Assembly: GCA_002011125.2 (NCBI GenBank)
Contig: MTMF02000009.1
Location: 1,256,989-1,320,988, forward strand
DNA from: Candidatus Hydrothermarchaeum profundi
Lineage (GTDB): Archaea; Hydrothermarchaeota; Hydrothermarchaeia; Hydrothermarchaeales; Hydrothermarchaeaceae
Direction: 5' to 3'
Length of the DNA stretch: 64,000 bases
Part shown: positions 48,748-57,934 of the stretch, one piece after another
Layout of the letters: each line of letters starts with the position of its first letter
Position numbering within the stretch: position 1 is the stretch's first letter
Made by a program: the position numbers and the translations under genes
Notes under the pieces: generated by a model
The model's input: only the letters and a program-made list of their open reading frames with translations
Databases searched by the model: none
What the model was told of the DNA's origin: nothing

Positions 48748-49470
48748 ATGAAAAAAATTCTAGCGGTACTTTTTTTAATGGCGCTACTCACAGGCTGTCT
48801 TCAGCCATCAGAAGAAGAAAAGTCTACGCTACAAGTGAATGCCATAGGAACCTTAAAGGCGACCCCAGATATTGCGGTTATCTCTTTTGGTGTTATAACT
48901 CAAGATGAAGACCCAAACAAAGCGCTAAAAGCTAATTCTGAGAAAATGAATGAGGTTATTAGTGCATTGGAGAGGCTTGGAATAACCGATGAAAACATAA
49001 CGACCTCCCAAGTGGCGCTCTATCCAGAATATGAGGAGGATAAAATACGAGAAGGCGAGATGAGGAGGATAGTTGGGTATAAGGCAGTAAATACGGTAAA
49101 AGTAACTGTTTCAAGCGGAGATGATATTGGAAGGATAATCGATGAAGCTGTGCGCTCAGGCGCAAATGAGGTTAGAGGTCTTTATTTTAAGCTTAGCGAG
49201 ATAAAGAGTGCGATAGTTTATCGCGAGGCTCTTAAAATCGCTGTTAGTGAAGCTAAAGAAAAAGCAGAAATTATCGCGGATTCTATGGGAATTAAATTAG
49301 CTGGCCCATTAAAAGTTTCAGAGAGTGGACCAATAATGCCTGCCAGAAGCAAAGCTTTGGCAGTTGAAGAACTTGTAGGCACATCTACGCCAGTTAGCCC
49401 CGGTGAGCTAGAGGTATCTGCCTCGGTGTATGTTGAGTTCGAAATAAAAAGGGGGGTAAAAGACGGGTAA
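48748..49470 (+). CDS. SIMPL (DUF541) family lipoprotein
   Basis: Lipobox LLTGC after MKKILAV (likely start 48748); PDIAVISFGV, GANEVRGL, PVSPGE. Confidence 0.85.
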   Translation: MKKILAVLFLMALLTGCLQPSEEEKSTLQVNAIGTLKATPDIAVISFGVITQDEDPNKALKANSEKMNEVISALERLGITDENITTSQVALYPEYEEDKIREGEMRRIVGYKAVNTVKVTVSSGDDIGRIIDEAVRSGANEVRGLYFKLSEIKSAIVYREALKIAVSEAKEKAEIIADSMGIKLAGPLKVSESGPIMPARSKALAVEELVGTSTPVSPGELEVSASVYVEFEIKRGVKDG

Positions 49471-49656
49471 TTTGAAAAATAGGAGAGTTAAACACCCGTC
49501 ATTAATTTTCTTATGTTTAGAGGTTATATAATGGTTTCTAGAGGATTTATTATCTCATATCTAAAAATAAGTTAGAAATTCTATCTAAAAAATAAAAATT
49601 TAGGATTTTTTAGGAATTAAGTTAGATTTATTAACTATATCTAATACCGTAGTGAC

Positions 49657-50757
49657 ATGCGAGCTAACATTATCCAATTCCTATCAAATACATCTATAAT
49701 GGCATCTGCGTTATTCATACCTAACTATGCGCAGGAATTGGGTGCATCTAATGCTGACATAGGCTTAATAGGAGCAGCGTATGGTTCAGCGATTTTCCTT
49801 TCCTCCTACATCTTTGGAAGAGCATCCGATATGAGAGACAGAAGAAGTTTTCTAAAATGGGGGCTTTTCGTATCGACTATAACATTTCTTCTGCAAGTGT
49901 TGGCGTATGATGCTCTCTCGCTTATGTTCCTCAGGGCGTTGGTCGGCTTTTCCATGGGAATATTTATGGCACCACTAGTAGCATATACTTTCGAGTCTGG
50001 GGGGAGGTTAGGGGCTTTTAGCGCATATGGATCACTTGGCTGGGCGGCAGGGAGCATACTCGCAGGCGGAATAGCTCAAGTGGGAGAAAACTTTAGCCAC
50101 ATTCATAAACTTTTACCTTATTGGGTAGTATTCATATTCTGTTCTATATTCTTTTTAATATCCCTAATAATATCTCTAAACCTCCCAGAGGTCACTATAA
50201 AAAGAACCCAGGTCCCCCTTTTTCCGTTTCATTTGATACGTAAAAATGCGTTCGTCTATTTCCCAGTTCTACTACGACATCTTGGTGCATTCTCGATATG
50301 GATAGTCTTTCCTCTATATCTTACAGAGCTAGGAGCGAATAAAATGTGGATAGGTGTCCTTTACTTTATTAACATGGGAACCCAGTTCATGGTAATGCGC
50401 AAGCTTGACCTAAAAGATGATGTAATGCTTATTAAATCTGGATTAGCATTATCTGCGTTCACTTTCTTCTCTTATTCATTGGCTGGAAGTTTTTATCAGG
50501 TGATCCCTATCCAAGTTTTATTGGCATTCTCATATTCGTGCTTGTATGTGGGCTCACTTCTGTTTTTAACTCGGAATAATGAAGAGAAAGCCACTACAGT
50601 AGGGATACTTAACTCTTTCATGAGTATCTCTGCATCTGTTGGCCCATTGTTTGGGGGATTTATCTCGGAGTTATGGGGGTATACCTCTGTACTTTACTTT
50701 GCTACGACTTTGGCCGTCTTTGGTCTATTTACAAATCTAATTCAAAGACATTCTTAA
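49657..50757 (+). CDS. MFS transporter
   Basis: About 12 TM helices, FGRASDMRDRR MFS motif A. Confidence 0.85.
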   Translation: MRANIIQFLSNTSIMASALFIPNYAQELGASNADIGLIGAAYGSAIFLSSYIFGRASDMRDRRSFLKWGLFVSTITFLLQVLAYDALSLMFLRALVGFSMGIFMAPLVAYTFESGGRLGAFSAYGSLGWAAGSILAGGIAQVGENFSHIHKLLPYWVVFIFCSIFFLISLIISLNLPEVTIKRTQVPLFPFHLIRKNAFVYFPVLLRHLGAFSIWIVFPLYLTELGANKMWIGVLYFINMGTQFMVMRKLDLKDDVMLIKSGLALSAFTFFSYSLAGSFYQVIPIQVLLAFSYSCLYVGSLLFLTRNNEEKATTVGILNSFMSISASVGPLFGGFISELWGYTSVLYFATTLAVFGLFTNLIQRHS

Positions 50758-52180
50758 GGGAATAGGGGATTTCAGTTGCCAAATCGCTTGCATTAAATGC
50801 GTATCCTTTAGTTTTATATAATTCATCGCCAGCAAAACCATTAATGAAAGCAGCACAGCATGCAGCATCAAAAATATTAAGCCCTTGAGCAATAAAACTC
50901 CCTAAAACCCCTGCTAATACGTCACCTGTCCCGCCCACAGTCATTCCTGGATTTCCAGTTGAATTATACCTTACTGTCTTCCCGTCAGAGATTATATCTA
51001 TAGGTGATTTAAGCAGTATGGTACACGAAAGCTTTTTGGCCCACTGGCCCACTACTCTCCCTTTCTTCTCAAGACTTCCCTGAAGATTTTCCCCAGTAAG
51101 AATTCTAAACTCGCCTGAGTGAGGGGTAATTACAGTGTTCCCTTTTTTTAATACATCAGTATTGCTTTTTAGTGCTTTTATCCCATCTGCGTCTATTATT
51201 ACTGGGATCTTTAATCGTTTAAGCACTTCTAAAAAAGCGACCGCCGTTTCTTCTCTCATACCTAAGCCCGGTCCGATAACAATTGAGTCACATTCTTCAG
51301 CTAATTCTATGATCATGTCGACAGCACCGGAATTCAAAAATTCTCCAGAATACTTTCTAACTATTAAATCTGGTAAAAATGTTCTAGTTACGTGGAAATT
51401 GCATTCAGGGACAGCCAAAAAAACCAAATCTGCACCTGAATTTAAAGCACCTAACGCACTAAGAATAGGCGCTCCATAATATAATTCGCTTCCTCCGATG
51501 ACTAAGACTCTACCATAGTCTCCTTTATGGGACTCCTTTTCTCTTTTACCAAGATTTACAATAATATCCCCCGGACCTACATAACTCTCTGCTTCCGTTG
51601 GGATTCCTATATCCTTCACTACCGTTTTAAATTTCTCTAGACCTTTCTTCTTTTTATGTAAAGCAACAACTAAATCGGCATTAACACAAAAACCCTCTCC
51701 AGTATCTGTATTAAGTCCGCTGGGAACATCGATACTTACCTTAAATGCGTTCGAGGAGTTGATCTTCTCTACTAAAGATTTTACGGGCTCACGGAGCTGT
51801 CCTTTAACTCCAGTACCTAGGAGGGCGTCAACTATAATATCGGCCTCTGTGTCTACATCTTCTAAAATAAAGATCCCTTCATGCTTCTTGGCTAATTCGT
51901 AGTATTTTCTAGCTTCTCGGCTTTTAGGCGTTTTTCCAGCGAGGTAAATGTATACTCTAGCCCCTGCATCCGCAAGGTATCTCGCAGCTGCAAACCCGTC
52001 CCCTCCATTATTCCCTGTACCACAGAAAAGCAAGACTTTTTTATTTCTTAAGTCGATTCTATCCTTTATGACATCTGCTATTGCCCTACCCGCATTATCC
52101 ATGAGTCTTTCAGTAGGAACTCCAAGATAAGCTGAGTTTAGGTCAATTATCTTTGTTTGCTTGTGTGTGATGTACTCCAT
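50729..52180 (-). CDS. nnr: Bifunctional NAD(P)H-hydrate epimerase/dehydratase
   Basis: CGTGNNGGDG, DALLGTG, IDVPSG; HKGDYG, GPGLG, ITPHSGEF, GGTGDVLAG. Confidence 0.95.
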   Translation of the reverse strand: MEYITHKQTKIIDLNSAYLGVPTERLMDNAGRAIADVIKDRIDLRNKKVLLFCGTGNNGGDGFAAARYLADAGARVYIYLAGKTPKSREARKYYELAKKHEGIFILEDVDTEADIIVDALLGTGVKGQLREPVKSLVEKINSSNAFKVSIDVPSGLNTDTGEGFCVNADLVVALHKKKKGLEKFKTVVKDIGIPTEAESYVGPGDIIVNLGKREKESHKGDYGRVLVIGGSELYYGAPILSALGALNSGADLVFLAVPECNFHVTRTFLPDLIVRKYSGEFLNSGAVDMIIELAEECDSIVIGPGLGMREETAVAFLEVLKRLKIPVIIDADGIKALKSNTDVLKKGNTVITPHSGEFRILTGENLQGSLEKKGRVVGQWAKKLSCTILLKSPIDIISDGKTVRYNSTGNPGMTVGGTGDVLAGVLGSFIAQGLNIFDAACCAAFINGFAGDELYKTKGYAFNASDLATEIPYSLKNVFELDL

Positions 52181-52315
52181 GCTAAATAGGTTACTCTACC
52201 TAAAAAATAAAGACTTCGCTAAAAACTATAAGTAAAATTTAAGTAGCCAAAAGATTCAATACTTGAAGTTCGAGGTATATCCAAAGAGGAGTCTGCTATC
52301 TGCCGAGGTAATATA

Positions 52316-52807
52316 ATGAATAAGGTAAGCTTTACTATGAGCTTTGTTATTCTTTACACTTTCTGGATACTTCTCTCTGGGTATTTTGATTTCGTGCATT
52401 TATCCCTTGGGGTAGTAAGTGCTCTATTAGTATCCTACACGTCTCATCATCTTTTAACTGGGGATGTACGGGCTGAAGATGTAAGTATCGAGATGAAAAG
52501 GATTATACGCTTTTTTTTATATTTACCTTGGTTATTCTATCAGATTACCCTTGCAAATATAGATGTTGCATACCGAGTCCTCCATCCCAAGATGCCTATT
52601 GATCCGAGGATATTGAGATTTAAGACGGACCTGAAAACGGATATTGGGCTTACCACTCTAGCAAATTCTATAACGCTTACTCCTGGGACAGTAACGATTG
52701 ATATAAAGGATGGAGAGTTTTTTGTACACGCGATCTCTGAAGAGTCGGCCGAGAGTTTACTCTCAGGTGAAATGCAAATGAGAGTGAAAAATATAGAGGG
52801 TGACTGA
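52316..52807 (+). CDS. mnhE: Mrp/Mnh antiporter subunit E
   Basis: ANIDVA, LANSITLTPGT, VHAI. Confidence 0.9.
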   Translation: MNKVSFTMSFVILYTFWILLSGYFDFVHLSLGVVSALLVSYTSHHLLTGDVRAEDVSIEMKRIIRFFLYLPWLFYQITLANIDVAYRVLHPKMPIDPRILRFKTDLKTDIGLTTLANSITLTPGTVTIDIKDGEFFVHAISEESAESLLSGEMQMRVKNIEGD

Positions 52808-53063
52808 AATGTTCTTACAGGTTGCGCTTGTAATTGTTTTTTCATCAATTATAGCACTTTATAGGGCTATCTCAGGGCCTACGATATATGATCGAGTTCT
52901 GGCTGTGAATGTTATAGGCACAAAAACAGTTCTAGTACTTGTATTGGTTGAATTCATTTATGAGAGACCGGAGTTTTTAGACATAGCCCTAGTATATGCG
53001 ATCATAAACTTCATTGGGACCATTGCATTTCTCAAATACATTGAAAAAGGAGGACTTACATAA
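52800..53063 (+). CDS. mnhF: Mrp/Mnh antiporter subunit F
   Basis: GPTIYDRVLA, DIALVYAIINFIGT. Confidence 0.9.
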   Translation: MTEMFLQVALVIVFSSIIALYRAISGPTIYDRVLAVNVIGTKTVLVLVLVEFIYERPEFLDIALVYAIINFIGTIAFLKYIEKGGLT

Positions 53064-53380
53064 TGGACCTAGTAAACGTTATCTCATATTCCCTCTTCGC
53101 TATCGGAAGTTTTTTCCTTGTCGTAGCAGCAATCGGTATTGTTAGACTGCCTGATTTCTATACTAGGATGCATGCAGCTGGAAAATCTGATACGCTAGGA
53201 CAATCCTTAATTCTTTTAGGCTTGATAATTCATGAGGGAGCGTCTTTTATAAGTATTAAGATATTCTTCATTATTCTATTCATTTTTATTGCTAATCCCA
53301 CGGCCACTCATGCAGTAGCAAAAGCAGCATTCCTCTCAGAGTTAGCGCCTTGGAAAAAAGATGGAGGAAAAGAGCGATGA
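53063..53380 (+). CDS. mnhG: Mrp/Mnh antiporter subunit G
   Basis: RLPDFYTRMHAAGK, NPTATHA. Confidence 0.9.
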   Translation: MDLVNVISYSLFAIGSFFLVVAAIGIVRLPDFYTRMHAAGKSDTLGQSLILLGLIIHEGASFISIKIFFIILFIFIANPTATHAVAKAAFLSELAPWKKDGGKER

Positions 53381-53619
53381 TTTGGGGAATAGATTTGCCG
53401 TTGCTTTTTTTCCTTGTAGTTTGCGCAGCGGTCGCTGTGCATGTTAAGGATCTTTTAGGTTCTACTCTTATTTTGTCAGTTTACAGCCTTATTATGGCAA
53501 TTATATGGACGGAGTTGAACTCGGTAGATGTAGCGTTTACAGAAGCAAGCGTAGGCGCTGGGATAACCACCATACTATTTATTGCTGCAATTAGCAGGAC
53601 TAGGAGGATGGAAGAATAA
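53377..53619 (+). CDS. Mrp antiporter DUF4040 subunit
   Basis: KDLLGS, DVAFTEASVGAG; likely start ATG 53377. Confidence 0.85.
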   Translation: MIWGIDLPLLFFLVVCAAVAVHVKDLLGSTLILSVYSLIMAIIWTELNSVDVAFTEASVGAGITTILFIAAISRTRRMEE

Positions 53620-53897
53620 TGAAATTACTCCCAATTTTTGTTGTTATTATAATGGGCGCGGCTCTAATATATGGCACGATTGATATGCCTAATTTCGGGG
53701 ATCCTAATGCGCCTGCAAATCTGCATGTAGCACCGAGATATATCGAAAAGTCTCTTGAAGAAACAGGAGTCCCTAATATGGTTACAGCAGTACTCGCTAG
53801 TTACAGAGGTTATGATACCCTTGGGGAAACTACTGTTATATTTACGGCAGGAGCTTCTGTAGGGCTTTTGTTGAGGAGGAAGAAATGGACGAGGTAG
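53619..53897 (+). CDS. Mrp antiporter subunit (MrpA C-terminal/MbhE-like segment)
   Basis: NMVTAVLASYRGYDTLGE. Confidence 0.85.
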   Translation: MKLLPIFVVIIMGAALIYGTIDMPNFGDPNAPANLHVAPRYIEKSLEETGVPNMVTAVLASYRGYDTLGETTVIFTAGASVGLLLRRKKWTR

Positions 53898-54367
53898 ATG
53901 AACATGTTACTGTAACCGGGGAAAGTGTTATCGTAAGACCCGTAGAGGAACTTTACATAATTAGGAGAATAATTGCGAGGATAATGGTGCCTCTCACTCA
54001 ATTATACGGCCTTTATGTGATAATGCATGGTGAGGGGGGTCCCGGCGGAGGATTTCAAGGGGGGGTAATCCTTGGTTCCGCTACGATTTTATATGTTTTA
54101 GTCTTCGGAGTGGACGAAGCTAAAAAAAGGATCTCTGAAAGTCTAAATAATCTTATGAAAAGTACGGGAGTATTAATATACGCAGGTATAGGATTACTTT
54201 GCATAATTTTTGGTGGATACTACTTAGAATATTACGCCCTTCCTTTAGGTCACCCAGAAAAAGCGAGCGAGCTAGGTATCCTTGGGGTTGAGATAGGGAT
54301 AGGAATAACAGTTTCTGCTGTGATGATATCGATATTTTTCGACTTAGCTGAGAGGTTTGAGAAATGA
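53885..54367 (+). CDS. mnhB: Mrp/Mnh antiporter subunit B
   Basis: HGEGGPGGGFQGGV, VEIGIG. Confidence 0.85.
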   Translation: MDEVDEHVTVTGESVIVRPVEELYIIRRIIARIMVPLTQLYGLYVIMHGEGGPGGGFQGGVILGSATILYVLVFGVDEAKKRISESLNNLMKSTGVLIYAGIGLLCIIFGGYYLEYYALPLGHPEKASELGILGVEIGIGITVSAVMISIFFDLAERFEK

Positions 54368-54726
54368 TTGAGTTTATCCTTGGCAAGTATAATTACTGGA
54401 TCTACATCATACTTATGATGATCGGATTTTACGCTATGATTGCCAAGAATAACCTAGTAAAAAAGATTATTGGCATGAATATATTTCAAACGGCCGTGTT
54501 TCTTTTCTATATATCTATTGGCGATGTCAAAGGGGGAACTGCTCCGATAGTATGGGAGGGCATGGAGAAGGTTATATATGTAAATCCTGTACCGCATGTG
54601 TTAATTCTAACGGCGATAGTTGTAGCTGTTAGCACGACTGCGGTCACACTTGCTGTTGTAATCAGAATATATGAAGAATTCGGCACTATCGAAGAAGATC
54701 GAATATTGGAGGCTTTGGAAGATTGA
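54364..54726 (+). CDS. mnhC: Mrp/Mnh antiporter subunit C
   Basis: NLVKKIIG, NPVPHVLILTAIVV. Confidence 0.9.
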   Translation: MIEFILGKYNYWIYIILMMIGFYAMIAKNNLVKKIIGMNIFQTAVFLFYISIGDVKGGTAPIVWEGMEKVIYVNPVPHVLILTAIVVAVSTTAVTLAVVIRIYEEFGTIEEDRILEALED

Positions 54727-56213
54727 TTACTGAACACTTCCCCATATTACTAATAGTTGTCCCGCTCACCTCGGCCTTGTCTACTCCCCTAATAGGTACT
54801 TTAAACAAAAAATATTGTTGGTATACCGCCATTTTCAGCATTTCTTTATCCCTTTTTATGTCACTTTATATTTTGAACGCAGTTATGCACACAGGTAGAA
54901 TAAGTTACTGGCTTGGTAATTGGGAGCCCCCATATGGAATCGAATATGCTATAGATTACTTGAATTCATATGTACTCGTTATAGTTACTTTTATCGCTTT
55001 AGCTGTAACAATTTATTCTAAATGGAGTGTAGAAAAGGAGCTGCCTGAGAAAACAGTTCTATTTTATACTGTATATCTTCTTTTAATAACAGGATTATTA
55101 GGGATAACTATAACAGGAGACATATTTAACCTATATGTATTCCTAGAGATAACATCTTTATCCGCTTATACACTAGTTGCTATCGGGAAAAAGAGGAACG
55201 CGTTAGTTGCAAGTTATAATTACGCTATTTTAGGCACCATATCCGCCACTTTCATACTCATTGCTATAGGGTACCTCTACATGGTTACTGGTACACTGAA
55301 TATGGCGGATTTGTCAACAAAACTCCCTCCTCTATACGATTCAAAAGTTGTCCTTACAGCGCTGGCATTTTTCATGGCAGGCTTCAGCATAAAAGTAGCT
55401 TTGTTCCCACTCCATGTTTGGTTGCCAGATGCATATACTCATGCACCCTCCGTGGTCAGTGCTATACTTGCAGCTACCTCTACCAAAGTAGCGGCCTATG
55501 CGATGATACGGGTAATGTTCACAGTCTTTAGCCCAGAGTTTATTATAGTGAGAGTTAATATAACTCACATACTCTCTTGGATAGCGGCCTTCGCGATAAT
55601 AGTTGGTTCTGTATTGGCGATTGCCCAAGTGGATATCAAAAAAATGCTTGCATATTCTAGCGTAGCACAGATAGGCTACATCATGCTTGGAATAGGTCTC
55701 TCTACAAAACTTAGCGTCACTGGGGGCATACTCCACATTTTGAATCACGCATTAATGAAAGCAACGCTTTTTTTAGTTGCTGGAGCTGTCATATATAAAA
55801 CCGGAATAAGAAACATAGAGGAATACAGAGGTTTACGTAGAGAAATGCCGCTGACAATGCTTGCATTTACTATCGCAGCTCTCTCTATGATCGGAGTACC
55901 CGGAACGGTGGGTTTTGTCAGTAAATGGTATCTCCTTTTAGGAGCATTACACGAAGGTAAGTGGGTATTTGCGTTAGTTCTGATTTTGAGTAGCTTATTA
56001 ATGCTTGTTTACTTTTGGAGAGTTATAGAAAATATATATTTCCCGAAAATGCATGTTGCAGTTGCGATGGATGGAGGAGATAAAAAGAAAGAATTACCAT
56101 ACACTATGTTAGTACCAATATTGATCTTAGCGCTACTTTGCATAGCCCTCGGGATACTTGCGTTTATTCCTCTAAAAATTGTAGGTATGATCTCTCAGAT
56201 GTTGGTGGGGTAA
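54723..56213 (+). CDS. mnhD: Mrp/Mnh antiporter subunit D family
   Basis: GDIFNLYVFLEI, FPLHVWLPDAY, KKMLAYSS, NHALMK, GFVSKW. Confidence 0.9.
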   Translation: MITEHFPILLIVVPLTSALSTPLIGTLNKKYCWYTAIFSISLSLFMSLYILNAVMHTGRISYWLGNWEPPYGIEYAIDYLNSYVLVIVTFIALAVTIYSKWSVEKELPEKTVLFYTVYLLLITGLLGITITGDIFNLYVFLEITSLSAYTLVAIGKKRNALVASYNYAILGTISATFILIAIGYLYMVTGTLNMADLSTKLPPLYDSKVVLTALAFFMAGFSIKVALFPLHVWLPDAYTHAPSVVSAILAATSTKVAAYAMIRVMFTVFSPEFIIVRVNITHILSWIAAFAIIVGSVLAIAQVDIKKMLAYSSVAQIGYIMLGIGLSTKLSVTGGILHILNHALMKATLFLVAGAVIYKTGIRNIEEYRGLRREMPLTMLAFTIAALSMIGVPGTVGFVSKWYLLLGALHEGKWVFALVLILSSLLMLVYFWRVIENIYFPKMHVAVAMDGGDKKKELPYTMLVPILILALLCIALGILAFIPLKIVGMISQMLVG

Positions 56214-56214
56214 A

Positions 56215-57693
56215 ATGGAGATAGTTTCAATTAAACCACTATTGGCAATTCTGGTATCATTGGTCGGCTCTGGGCTTATAATAGCTTCTAGTAGAAATCC
56301 AAATCTAAGAGAAGGATGGACTATTCTTATATCCCTGGCTAAGTTCGCGATAGTTGCATCGATGGTTCCGACGGTTTTATCTGGAAATAAAATGGTTTAT
56401 ACTCTTATTGAATTATTTCCCGGTATTGAAATAAAATTCAGAGCCGATGCGTTTGGTGTATTCTTTGCTGTAACGGCTTCCTTTTTGTGGATTATTACTT
56501 CTTTGTATTCCATTGGGTATATGCGTTCACTAAATGAACATTCTCAGACACGTTATTTTGCAGCTTTTGCTATAGCTTTATCAGCAACCATAGGAATCGC
56601 CTTCGCAGCTAATCTTGTAACTTTGTTTATGTTTTATGAGCTTCTCACTCTAGTTACCTTTCCATTAGTCACTCACAAGGATACACCTGAAGCTCGGCAA
56701 GCTGGAAGAAAATATTTGGCATATCTCCTTGGAACTTCTATTGCGTTCCAATTGTTTGCAATTGTTTTGACATATACATTTGCTGGTACACTCGAATTTT
56801 CTGAAGGAGGGATTTTAAGGGGTGCTGCACCTCCTTTAGTGTTAACACTCATATATTTCCTATTTATCGCAGGCTTTGCAAAGGCCGCTATAATGCCTCT
56901 CCATTCTTGGTTACCAACGGCCATGATAGCGCCAACCCCTGTAAGCGCATTGCTCCATGCAGTAGCCGTTGTCAAAGCAGGCGTATTTTCTATACTTAGA
57001 ATAATATTCTACATATATGGGGTAGACCTAATGAGCAGTCTAAATCTAGGTATACTCACTGCTTACTTTGTTTCTTTCACTATAATAGTAGCTTCTTTAT
57101 TTGCATTAACTCAGGATAACTTAAAGCTCAGGCTTGCTTACTCGACTATTAGCCAGCTTTCTTATGTTATTCTGGGAGCAGCTTTGTTAACAACTAGTGG
57201 TATGATTGGGGGGATTATGCATATAGCGGTTCATGCTTTTTCAAAGATAACCCTCTTCTTCTGTGCAGGCTCTATATACGTAGCATCCCATAAAACTAAC
57301 ATAAGCGAGTTGAGTGGTATTGGTAAAAAAATGCCATTAACTATGCTCGCTTTTACCGTAGGTTCTCTTAGCATGGTAGGTGTACCACCAGTAGCAGGGT
57401 TCATCAGCAAGTGGTATCTTCTGTTAGGGTCTGCCGAAGCACATAATATGTTGCTAATTATCGTATTATTATCTAGTTCGCTGTTAAATGCGGCTTACTT
57501 CTTTCCCATTGTCTGCAAAGCATTCTTCGAAGAACCAGCTGAAACTTTTGATGGAGAAGAAATTAAAGAAGCTCCCCTGTTTGTAGTAATCCCATTAATA
57601 TTAACGGCGATAGGCTCAATAATCCTATTCTTCTATCCTCAACCTTTCCTCAGAATAGCTTACGTAGTCGTTCAAAATGTTATAGGGGGCTAA
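56215..57693 (+). CDS. Mrp/Mnh antiporter subunit D/A family
   Basis: PLHSWLPTAMIAPTPVSALLHAVAVVKAG, RLAYSTISQ. Confidence 0.9.
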   Translation: MEIVSIKPLLAILVSLVGSGLIIASSRNPNLREGWTILISLAKFAIVASMVPTVLSGNKMVYTLIELFPGIEIKFRADAFGVFFAVTASFLWIITSLYSIGYMRSLNEHSQTRYFAAFAIALSATIGIAFAANLVTLFMFYELLTLVTFPLVTHKDTPEARQAGRKYLAYLLGTSIAFQLFAIVLTYTFAGTLEFSEGGILRGAAPPLVLTLIYFLFIAGFAKAAIMPLHSWLPTAMIAPTPVSALLHAVAVVKAGVFSILRIIFYIYGVDLMSSLNLGILTAYFVSFTIIVASLFALTQDNLKLRLAYSTISQLSYVILGAALLTTSGMIGGIMHIAVHAFSKITLFFCAGSIYVASHKTNISELSGIGKKMPLTMLAFTVGSLSMVGVPPVAGFISKWYLLLGSAEAHNMLLIIVLLSSSLLNAAYFFPIVCKAFFEEPAETFDGEEIKEAPLFVVIPLILTAIGSIILFFYPQPFLRIAYVVVQNVIGG

Positions 57694-57694
57694 T

Positions 57695-57934
57695 ATGAGG
57701 GAAATAAATTATTTCGATAAACCAAAAAACATCCGAAAACTGAAGATATTGTTCTATTCTAGTCTTGCATTAGTAGTGCTAATGGACCTTTTCTTCCAAA
57801 GGCATGTTAGATTCTCATGGGACAGGATACCCGGAATATATGCGTTATATGGATTTGTTTCATGTGTTTTGATAATATTCTTCTCAAAAGCATTAGGTAT
57901 ATTGATTAAGAGGAGTGAGGATTACTATGATTAA
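57695..57934 (+). CDS. Small membrane protein of Mrp operon
   Basis: Two TM helices, IPGIYALYGFVSC...KRSEDYYD. Confidence 0.75.
   Translation: MREINYFDKPKNIRKLKILFYSSLALVVLMDLFFQRHVRFSWDRIPGIYALYGFVSCVLIIFFSKALGILIKRSEDYYD

Noticed and set aside
49462-49600. 7-bp inverted repeat GACGGGT/ACCCGTC and short TATCTAAAAA repeats
   Set aside because: Too short, and in AT-rich sequence, to distinguish from chance
53619-54367. mnhB split by an amber codon
   Set aside because: The two ORFs are in different frames, and split subunits are normal in this operon type
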